Positions 57,008 through 64,000 of a DNA stretch of 64,000 nucleotides are shown here, in pieces. The DNA is from Candidatus Bathyarchaeia archaeon (lineage in GTDB: Archaea > Thermoproteota > Bathyarchaeia > Bathyarchaeales > DTEX01). Numbering within the stretch: position 1 is the first letter of the stretch; each line of letters starts with the position of its first letter. Under the pieces are notes generated by a model, which saw nothing but the letters and a program-made list of their open reading frames with translations, was not told the origin of the DNA and ran no database searches. The DNA is taken from assembly GCA_038897035.1 (NCBI GenBank), contig JAWAXF010000003.1:64-64063 (forward strand), given 5' to 3'. Position numbers and translations under genes: made by a program.

Positions 57008-58071
57008 AGCTCAGGGATCGTGATGCCATCGTTACACCAAAGGGTCTTATTTTCAGGGTTCTAGGCTACACGCATCCGCCGGAGGGCTACATATGTGATA
57101 TCGAGTACGCCCCCTCAGAAATTTACCAATCAAGCAACCCAAAGGCATTTAGAAGCGATGGAAAAAGAATCTTCTACAAGTTTTATGGAGATGAGGGGTG
57201 GAGGTTCATACTGGAGAGATACCCCCAGTATATCATGGATTATAGGCCAGCGGGAAGAAAGGTTATCGGTGTGGGGTACGAGGCTATTAGGGAGGTTAGG
57301 AGACCGGGAGAGAGACTCAAGGATCTTGTCGAGCTGAGCCCGGCTGATGAATTAGTCCACTCCCTACAAAGAGTCCTCGCTCTCGTTGGGGATCAAGGGC
57401 TCTCGCCGAAAGACTTCGGCGTATTTGGCTCAATTCTTCACGGCTTTCATAATCCTAAGCTCTCTGACCTCGACATAATAGTTTATGACAAAGAGTGCCT
57501 AGAGAAGCTTCGCGGTATATTAAGCGATTTATATGGTTGGGGGGACTCCCCACTAACAAACGAGTTTTCGGATGGGAGCCCAATCAGGGGTAAGGTCTGG
57601 CGCTTCGAGAACATAAGCCCAAAGGAGTTTCTCTGGCACCAGCGGCGGAAGCTAATCTATGCGGTTTTTCACGACGATCTCTCTGGGCGGAGAATAAAGA
57701 CAGAGTTTGAGCCAGTTAAGGCATGGCATGAAATATCAGATGAATATCGGGCCACTCTCGGCATACGCTGGATAGGGTGGATCAAGGCTATCCTCAGAAT
57801 CACCGATGATAGAGAGGGGCCATTCATGCCCTCAATATACTATGTTGAACCAATCGAGATAATTGAGGGACCTAAATGCGAGAGCGTTCTGAGGGTTATT
57901 TCATATCTCGAGGAGTTTAGGATGCAGTGCTGGAGGGATGAAATAGTCTATGCGGAGGGAAACCTAGAGGAGGTGGAGACGAGAGAGGGGAGATTCCACC
58001 AAATAACGCTAACCTATGGGCCGCGCTACTATAGGCAGACCCTCAAGGTCGTTAAGCCGATAGGTGGTTAA
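56995..58071 (+). CDS. Pol-beta-superfamily nucleotidyltransferase-domain protein, tandem paralog 2 (function unknown)
   Basis: The NTase core is [25 protein letters not shown]. The N-terminal module [34 protein letters not shown] is colinear with paralog 1. It overlaps paralog 1 by 13 nt. Confidence 0.6.
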   Translation: MAPVKLRDRDAIVTPKGLIFRVLGYTHPPEGYICDIEYAPSEIYQSSNPKAFRSDGKRIFYKFYGDEGWRFILERYPQYIMDYRPAGRKVIGVGYEAIREVRRPGERLKDLVELSPADELVHSLQRVLALVGDQGLSPKDFGVFGSILHGFHNPKLSDLDIIVYDKECLEKLRGILSDLYGWGDSPLTNEFSDGSPIRGKVWRFENISPKEFLWHQRRKLIYAVFHDDLSGRRIKTEFEPVKAWHEISDEYRATLGIRWIGWIKAILRITDDREGPFMPSIYYVEPIEIIEGPKCESVLRVISYLEEFRMQCWRDEIVYAEGNLEEVETREGRFHQITLTYGPRYYRQTLKVVKPIGG

Positions 58072-58145
58072 GTCCTCCATAATCCATTGGATTATATTGT
58101 GTTCCGCCATAAGGTATTTATGGGCTGCCCCTCATTTTAGAGGTC

Positions 58146-58975
58146 ATGTGTAGGCTATTCGGCCTACTATCCAATAGGCCCTGCAGCGCCTTCAGGTACC
58201 TGTTTGGTGATCAGTGCTCCCTCTTCGCCCAGAGTAAGGCTGATCCTTCAAGGCTTCAGGGGGACGGCTGGGGTATAGGCTTCTATGCCAGTGGTTGTTT
58301 GAGGGTCATCAAGAGCGAGAGGCCGATCTACGAGGAGCGTGAGCGCTTCAAGAGCATCGCCGGGAGCATCGAGTCTAACATCATCGTTGCCCACGTTAGG
58401 AGGGCCAGCAACCCCCGCGGCCTACCAAGGGAGAAGCTGATCTCCGTCGAGAACTCCCAGCCATTCCACTATGAGAACTACGTCTTCGCCCACAATGGCA
58501 CCATAATGATCCCAGACGAGGTCAAGGGGCTGCTGGGCGAATGGAGACTTAGAATTAGGGGCCTAAATGACAGCGAGGTCTACTTCTGGTTCATCATCAA
58601 GGAGCTCCATGAAGGAGGGAGCATTGCAGAGGCTTTGAGGAATTTTGAGAAGGATTTATGGAGGGTTTGGTTTGAGGTTCGGGATAAACACCCAGGTAAG
58701 ACGAGGCCATACATGGGCTTAAACATGATATTCAGTGATGGAGAGAGATTGTATGCCTATGTAAGTACGATGAGAGGTTAGATGCAGAAATCTCATCATT
58801 ATGCTATGGCAGCCGCCCGGGGATGCAAATGGTCTACATAGCCGACCGGGAGAAGCTCATAGTAGCCTCTGAGAGAACAAACCTAGAGGAAGAGTGGAAG
58901 CCGCTGCCAAGCGGCCAGCTCCTAACCGGCTGCATCAAAGACGGTGAGGTGGTGATCGCCCAAACAACAATCTAG
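58146..58975 (+). pseudogene. Class-II (Ntn) glutamine amidotransferase, YafJ/EgtC-like, frameshifted near the 3' end
   Basis: The nucleophile context is MCRLFGLLS, followed by GDGWGIGFY, VAHVRRAS and QPFHYENYVFAHNGTI. The frame changes near 58760, after which it reads KYDERLDAEISSLCYGSRPGMQMVYIADREKLIVASERTNLEEEWKPLPSGQLL. Confidence 0.65.
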
Positions 58976-59271
58976 TCGAAAACCCACCCGGGCTAACAGT
59001 ATTTCATCCTCCGGAATGAAGAGGAATTTGCAGCCTAATTAGGGTTCAATATCCGCCGGGTTCTTAGGAGAAATAAAGGAATAATACGCCAAGAGGCAAC
59101 TGACCCTCCTAAGAGAGGGTATCCCCGAAAAGCAACCCCACTAACCAAAAATCTAGCCTGAGGGAAGGATAAGAATCATTGAAAGTAGAATGCTTAGATC
59201 AGCTATACCTCTGACTCCTCAGCCTTCGAGAGATAAAGTTTATATTAGGATATTATTACATCTTTGTCTGT

Positions 59272-59366
59272 GGTGCCGGGTTTGTTAGGTGGGCGTATTC
59301 ACTCCAGCTAGGATGAAGAGACCTTGCATCAGCTTTCCAGTAGAGGTTATGTCCGCCCCCGGCGCC
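59272..59366 (+). other. GC-rich structured element with its own upstream TATA-like box (unassigned; possible small RNA or 5' leader)
   Basis: ggtgccggg (59272-59280) pairs with cccggcgcc (59358-59366), giving 9 bp with one G-U. An inner helix gcu..ggaug/caucagc can also form. aaagtttatatta at 59235-59247 lies about 25 nt upstream. Confidence 0.3.
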
Positions 59367-59420
59367 CTTCTCATGCCGCTATATACAGGCCACTGTAAAA
59401 TAATTGTGGGGTGTTGACCT

Positions 59421-60413
59421 ATGACTAAAATTAGCTTTGCCATCCCTAAGGGCCATCTGGCCGAGGGCGCGTTTAGGCTGCTGGAGCGGGCTGGCTACGT
59501 AATCTCGGGCGCTGAGCGCTCCTACAGACCATCCATAAATGACCCGAAGATAGAGCTGAAGATCCTCAGGCCGCAGGAGATACCAATTTACGTCGCCGAC
59601 GGCCTACACGACATAGGGATTACTGGAATAGACTGGATAATGGAGACCCGGGCGGACGTGAGGGTCCTATTGAACCTTGAGTATGGTAGGATTAAGCTGG
59701 TCTTAGCAGTCCCGAAGTCTTGGAGCGACGTCAATGACCTGTCGAGCCTGCTTGAGAGGTTCAGTCGTGAGGATAGGGTCCTAAGGATATCGACCGAGTA
59801 CCTTAATGTTTCGGCTGAGTTCCTCATGAGCAACCCAGCTTACAGGAGGCTCCATGGATCTAAGGAGCCCCTGATGATTACGCCGTGGTGGAGGAAGGGC
59901 GAGAACGAGAAGGTTGCATTATATCTCTCCTTCGGGGCGACTGAGGCTAAGCCCCCGGAGGAGGCGGACGCGATAGTAGACGTCATGGAGACCGGCGAGT
60001 CCCTTGAACGGAACAACCTAAAGCCCATCGAGGTTATAATGGAGTCCTCCGCAATACTTGTAGCCAACAATAACTCGCTTAGGGATCCGGAGAAGCGCGA
60101 GAAGATATATGATGTCCTAACGCTCCTCAAGGGCGTGATCGATGGTAGAAAGAAGCTGCATATATTTGTTAATGTGCATAGGAGCAATCTTCCGGCGCTC
60201 CTAGAGAAGCTGCCTGCCCTTAAGAGGCCGACCATAGCCCCTCTGGCCGACGAAAATTGGTGCTCCGTGAATACCGTAATAGAGAGGGATCAATTCCTAG
60301 AACTACTGCCCATACTGAGAAGGCTCGCACAGGGCCTAGTGGTCTACGAGCCTAGGCAGGTTCTCCCCCTGGAGGAGATATCTGGGAGCGGGGAAAGAGC
60401 TGAGGAGAGTTGA
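59421..60413 (+). CDS. hisG: ATP phosphoribosyltransferase (long form)
   Basis: Carries FAIPKGHLAEGAFRLLERAG, LRPQEIPIYVADGLHDIGITGIDWI and DAIVDVMETGESL. At 330 aa it implies a C-terminal regulatory domain, and no hisZ is nearby. Confidence 0.85.
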   Translation: MTKISFAIPKGHLAEGAFRLLERAGYVISGAERSYRPSINDPKIELKILRPQEIPIYVADGLHDIGITGIDWIMETRADVRVLLNLEYGRIKLVLAVPKSWSDVNDLSSLLERFSREDRVLRISTEYLNVSAEFLMSNPAYRRLHGSKEPLMITPWWRKGENEKVALYLSFGATEAKPPEEADAIVDVMETGESLERNNLKPIEVIMESSAILVANNNSLRDPEKREKIYDVLTLLKGVIDGRKKLHIFVNVHRSNLPALLEKLPALKRPTIAPLADENWCSVNTVIERDQFLELLPILRRLAQGLVVYEPRQVLPLEEISGSGERAEES

Positions 60414-60431
60414 GGCTTGCCAGCGAAGATA

Positions 60432-61688
60432 ATGAGGCTGAATGATGTAAGGGAGCAGCTCTTAAGGGGTAGGTGGCCTAGGAAGAGGGGCCTAGATGCC
60501 GAACTGCTGAACTATGTTGATGGGATTATTAGTGACGTTAGGGAGCGAGGGGACAAAGCCCTAATAGAGCTCACCGAGAAGTTCGATGGGGTCAGATTGG
60601 ACATTGATAGGCTTAGGGTCGGCCAGGAGGAAATTAAAGAAGCCTATAATAGAGTTGGCGAGAGGCAGTTATCGGCGATAGAGACCGCTAAGAGGAGGAT
60701 CCAAAACTTTGAGATGAGCATCATCTCAAAAATCGGCCACTGCTACGTTGATGACCTTGGGGTCAGAGTGTGGTTGAGGTCGCAGCCCATCGAGAGCGTC
60801 GGCTGCTATGTGCCGGGCGGAAGGTTCCCATACCCAAGCACCCTCCTAATGACCGCTCTGCCAGCAAAGGTTGCTGGGGTCCAGAGAGTCATCATCTGCA
60901 CCCCGCCGCTAAGGGATGGGAGCATCCACCCGCTGATCCTGGTTGCAGCCGACATGTGCGGCGTAAACGAGATATATAGGGTTGGTGGGGCCCAGGCGAT
61001 AGCGGCCATGGCCTACGGGACTGAGAGCATCAGGCCAGTTGAGAAGATCGTTGGCCCCGGAAACCAGTATGTTATGGCCGCTAAACTACTGGTCTCACGC
61101 GACGCCCCGATTGATCACCCAGCCGGCCCGAGTGAGATAATGGTCTTGGCTGATGGGGCCGCCGATCCACGCCATGTTGCATTGGACATTATCTCCCAGA
61201 TGGAGCACGGCCCTGGGAGCATAGCGGTCCTACTTACTACTTCAATGGACTTGGCTGGGCGCGTGTATGAGAGCCTATTGCACCTAGCCGGGGATGCTTG
61301 GCTGTTAGTGGCGGAGAATATGGATGAGGCCATCGACTTCGTAAATGAGTTTGCCCCAGAGCACTTGGAGATAATCGCTGAGGGCGCTCATGAGCTGGCC
61401 GCGAGAATACGCTCGGCTGGTCTAATATTGATTGGGGACTCGACGCCAGTCTCCCTCAGCGACTACTGCCTGGGGACGAACCACGTAATCCCGACTGGGG
61501 GCTATGGCCGAGTCCACCAGCCCCTCTCGATCCTAGACTTCATCAAACTCACATACGTTGTTGAGAGCCCGCCGGAAGCCCTGCGGCGCCTCTCGGAGAG
61601 CGCTATAACCTTGGCTGAGAGCGAGGGCCTAGTAAATCATGCTCTAGCAATAATTGAGAGGGTTAAGGGTTGCCTGGGAAGAAAATAA
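60432..61688 (+). CDS. hisD: Histidinol dehydrogenase
   Basis: Carries VGCYVPGGRFPYPSTLLMTALPAKVAGV, GGAQAIAAMAYGTESI, AGPSEIMVLAD and EFAPEHLE. The ORF opens at the TTG at 60417; the first ATG is at 60432. Confidence 0.9.
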   Translation: MRLNDVREQLLRGRWPRKRGLDAELLNYVDGIISDVRERGDKALIELTEKFDGVRLDIDRLRVGQEEIKEAYNRVGERQLSAIETAKRRIQNFEMSIISKIGHCYVDDLGVRVWLRSQPIESVGCYVPGGRFPYPSTLLMTALPAKVAGVQRVIICTPPLRDGSIHPLILVAADMCGVNEIYRVGGAQAIAAMAYGTESIRPVEKIVGPGNQYVMAAKLLVSRDAPIDHPAGPSEIMVLADGAADPRHVALDIISQMEHGPGSIAVLLTTSMDLAGRVYESLLHLAGDAWLLVAENMDEAIDFVNEFAPEHLEIIAEGAHELAARIRSAGLILIGDSTPVSLSDYCLGTNHVIPTGGYGRVHQPLSILDFIKLTYVVESPPEALRRLSESAITLAESEGLVNHALAIIERVKGCLGRK

Positions 61689-62788
61689 TTGAGGATATTC
61701 TCTTTAGGGCTAGAGGTCTAAGCATATACGATGTAGGCGAGACAATTGAGGGGCTGGCCTCGAGGCTCGGGAAGGAACCCGGCGAGATATTAAAGCTCAA
61801 CTCAAACGAGAACTTTTTTGTGCCGCTAGACCTCCTAAGGAGCGTTCTGAAGCAGTGTGTGGAGGAGTCTGATCCGAGAATCTACCCTAGAGACGAGTAC
61901 AAGCTGTTGAGAGAGGCTATAAGTAGGCTCATCGGAGTTCCAGAGGAGTGCATTGTTATTGGCGCTGGGAGTGATCAACTAATAGAGCTGGTCTCAAGGA
62001 TCTTTCTTAGTGGCGTGGATGAAGTCATCTCAATAGAGCCGACTTTCTCAATTTATGAGCGTTGCGTTAGGGTTCAGGGGGCCGCTTACAGGAGCGTGCC
62101 GCTGAGGGAAGACTTCTCTCTAGACGTTGACTCAATGCTCTCGGCTATAACCACAAGAACAAGAGTTATCTTCCTCTGCTCGCCGAATAATCCCACAGCA
62201 AACCAACTTAAGCGGGAGGACGCCCTCCGCCTAGCGGACGAGTTTGCTGGTCTTGTGGCAGTAGATGAGACATATGCGGACTTCTCAGGGAAGAGCCTGC
62301 TTGACGCGGCTAAGGATCTAGACAACCTAATGGTCTTCAGGACGTTCTCTAAGACTTTTGGCTTAGCGGGTCTGAGGGTTGGCTATCTCGTCGCCAATAG
62401 GAGGCTTGCTAGGGCTGTTGAAGAGATGTTTCAGATACCATATTCTGTCTCGACGATAGCGCTTAAGGCTGCCCTCAAGATGATTGAGAGGTGGGATGAG
62501 ATAGCGGAGACGATAAGCGCCATTAGGCGGGAGAGAGAAAAACTCATAACCGAGCTTAATGGGATATCCGGCGTGAGGGTATTCCCCTCCGAGACAAACT
62601 TCGTGCTATTCCAAGTGAATAGGGACTCTAAGATGGTCTACAGGAGCCTCCTAGATAGGGGCATAATTATAAGGAATATTGGTAGAGTACTAAAGTTCGA
62701 TAACTGCCTAAGGGTCACCGTGGCCCCTAGAAGTATGATGGAGCGCTTCATTATGGAGCTTAGGGAGGTTCTGGGCGGCGTTGCCTGA
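61670..62788 (+). CDS. hisC: Histidinol-phosphate aminotransferase
   Basis: Carries LNSNENFFVP, CSPNNPTAN, DETYADF and FRTFSKTFGLAGLRVGY (PLP Lys). The TTG start overlaps the hisD end. Confidence 0.85.
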   Translation: MPGKKIIEDILFRARGLSIYDVGETIEGLASRLGKEPGEILKLNSNENFFVPLDLLRSVLKQCVEESDPRIYPRDEYKLLREAISRLIGVPEECIVIGAGSDQLIELVSRIFLSGVDEVISIEPTFSIYERCVRVQGAAYRSVPLREDFSLDVDSMLSAITTRTRVIFLCSPNNPTANQLKREDALRLADEFAGLVAVDETYADFSGKSLLDAAKDLDNLMVFRTFSKTFGLAGLRVGYLVANRRLARAVEEMFQIPYSVSTIALKAALKMIERWDEIAETISAIRREREKLITELNGISGVRVFPSETNFVLFQVNRDSKMVYRSLLDRGIIIRNIGRVLKFDNCLRVTVAPRSMMERFIMELREVLGGVA

Positions 62789-62801
62789 GGGGTATATTAA
62801 G

Positions 62802-63965
62802 ATGGACTTTGACCTCGGTGAGGCGTACGTTAAGGAGGGTAGGCTGACTGCCATCAGCAAGGTAGACGCGGTAATATTCGATTGTGACGGGGTCCTAATA
62901 GACGTAAGAGAATCCTACGATAAGGCTATAGCGAGGGCAACAGCATGGATATTCGAGGCGCTCACCGGCCAAAGGGTCCCAGAGGATCTTCTCACAAGCG
63001 AAGTGATTTTCCTCTTTAGGAGGAGCGGGGGGTTCAATAATGACTGCGACATAGTCTACGGACTACTCATGTTCCTACTCTCTGAGATGCCGCCCACCCT
63101 CCTCAACAGGCTCTTCGAAGTGATAAGGACCCTTAAGGTTGAGGGCAACGCTGCCGAGAAAATTAATGCTGTAAAGGAGAGAATAAATGTTGGAGAAGCT
63201 CCAATCGAGACTATAAACCTAATTGCCAAGATCGAGGCTTTCACATTCATGCTCAATGAGACAGGGATAGCATCGGTTGACAGGGCAATACTGTCCTTGA
63301 AAAATGTTCCAAGGGAGGCTTACGACGCCATTAAGAGTTTCCTCTATGGGTCAAAGCGGGTCGGCGAAGGAGTTATAGCAACGGTTTTTGAGGAGCTCTT
63401 TTATGGGCCAGAGCTCTTCAGGAGGGTGCATAACATTAAGCCCGAGCTCTTCCAATCTCCTGGAACTATAGAGAACAGCAGGATTATAGTTAGGTTCGAG
63501 GCCCTTAATAGATTGACCTCGCTTATCGGCGGGGCAAAGTTTGGAATAGCATCTGGAAGCCCCTCGGCACCAGCGAAACAGGTACTCGGCAGCCTTCTAG
63601 ACCTATTTGATGCGGGGGCGCTGGTCTTCTTAGACAATATACTGGAGGGCGAAAAAGAGTACTCAGAGAGGGGATTCCTGAAGGTCAGCCTCGGCAAGCC
63701 TAACCCATACCCGCTGCTCAAGTCCGCGTGGAGCCTAGAGCCCTTTAGGGCCGCTGTCTTTGTGGGCGACTCAATCGAGGACGCCCTAGCGGTCGAGAGG
63801 GCCAATAGGCTGGACCCGCGCTTCATATCCGCAGGCGTTTACGCATATACCGGCGCCAGCGAGAGGGCTATGAGGGAATTCCTTAAATTTGGCTGTGACA
63901 TTATCTCCCCATCTGTCAACGAGATTCCGTCAATAATTGAGGCGGCTAGGAGGTTCCCCGGTTGA
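62802..63965 (+). CDS. HAD-superfamily hydrolase with a large cap insertion, embedded in the his operon
   Basis: All four HAD motifs are visible: I VIFDCDGVLIDV, II FGIASGS, III LGKPNPYPL, IV FVGDSIEDA. About 190 aa lie between motifs I and II. The ORF opens at 62781 and overlaps hisC by 8 nt. Confidence 0.7.
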   Translation: MDFDLGEAYVKEGRLTAISKVDAVIFDCDGVLIDVRESYDKAIARATAWIFEALTGQRVPEDLLTSEVIFLFRRSGGFNNDCDIVYGLLMFLLSEMPPTLLNRLFEVIRTLKVEGNAAEKINAVKERINVGEAPIETINLIAKIEAFTFMLNETGIASVDRAILSLKNVPREAYDAIKSFLYGSKRVGEGVIATVFEELFYGPELFRRVHNIKPELFQSPGTIENSRIIVRFEALNRLTSLIGGAKFGIASGSPSAPAKQVLGSLLDLFDAGALVFLDNILEGEKEYSERGFLKVSLGKPNPYPLLKSAWSLEPFRAAVFVGDSIEDALAVERANRLDPRFISAGVYAYTGASERAMREFLKFGCDIISPSVNEIPSIIEAARRFPG

Positions 63966-64000
63966 GGGAGGCAGAATACTATAGGAAGACAGCTGAGACG
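63962..64000 (+). CDS. hisB: Probable start of imidazoleglycerol-phosphate dehydratase (partial; runs off the window end)
   Basis: The TTG overlaps the preceding TGA (TTGA). The 13 visible codons read LREAEYYRKTAET, which resembles the conserved IGPD N-terminus R..R.T.ET. Confidence 0.4.
   Translation, partial: MREAEYYRKTAET

Noticed and set aside
59041-59070. agggttcaatatccgccggg resembling a tRNA T-arm, possibly a tRNA fragment or att remnant.
   Set aside because: The flanks cannot form a 5-bp T stem or an acceptor stem, so the resemblance is limited to the TTCAA core.

Overview
This window reads as an archaeal chromosome segment, probably from the TACK/Thermoproteota lineage. Supporting markers are ribosomal protein eS25, an ESCRT-III/Snf7-like protein, a tetraether-synthase-like radical SAM enzyme, a tungsten-type aldehyde:ferredoxin oxidoreductase, BRE/TATA-like promoters, and a tRNA with three bulge-helix-bulge (BHB) introns.

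Housekeeping content:
- A compact branched-chain amino-acid cluster: leuA/cimA, ilvB, ilvN, ilvC, leuC, leuD, leuB and a second leuA/cimA.
- A histidine operon: hisG, hisD, hisC, a HAD-family gene, and the start of hisB.
- A membrane H+-pyrophosphatase, cysS, nfo, dphB, ribL and deoxyhypusine synthase.
- A cytoplasmic DmsAB-like molybdopterin oxidoreductase.
- A lysine-2,3-aminomutase cluster with two ATP-grasp ligases.

There are three tRNA genes, all with an encoded CCA end: Pro-UGG, Pro-GGG and Lys-CUU. By hand-folding, Lys-CUU carries three introns.

Accessory content:
- A frameshifted TnpB-only insertion-sequence (IS) remnant, with a LAGLIDADG homing-endonuclease gene nested inside its zinc-finger codons.
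- A decayed integrated element of about 3.4 kb next to tRNA-Pro(GGG). It carries a tyrosine integrase, a primase-polymerase (PrimPol)-PriL fusion, and a helicase/winged-helix (wHTH) remnant.
- An unusually large number of other gene remnants.

All calls rest on motif recognition in the supplied translations and on manual inspection of the DNA. No database search was run. Start codons are often uncertain.
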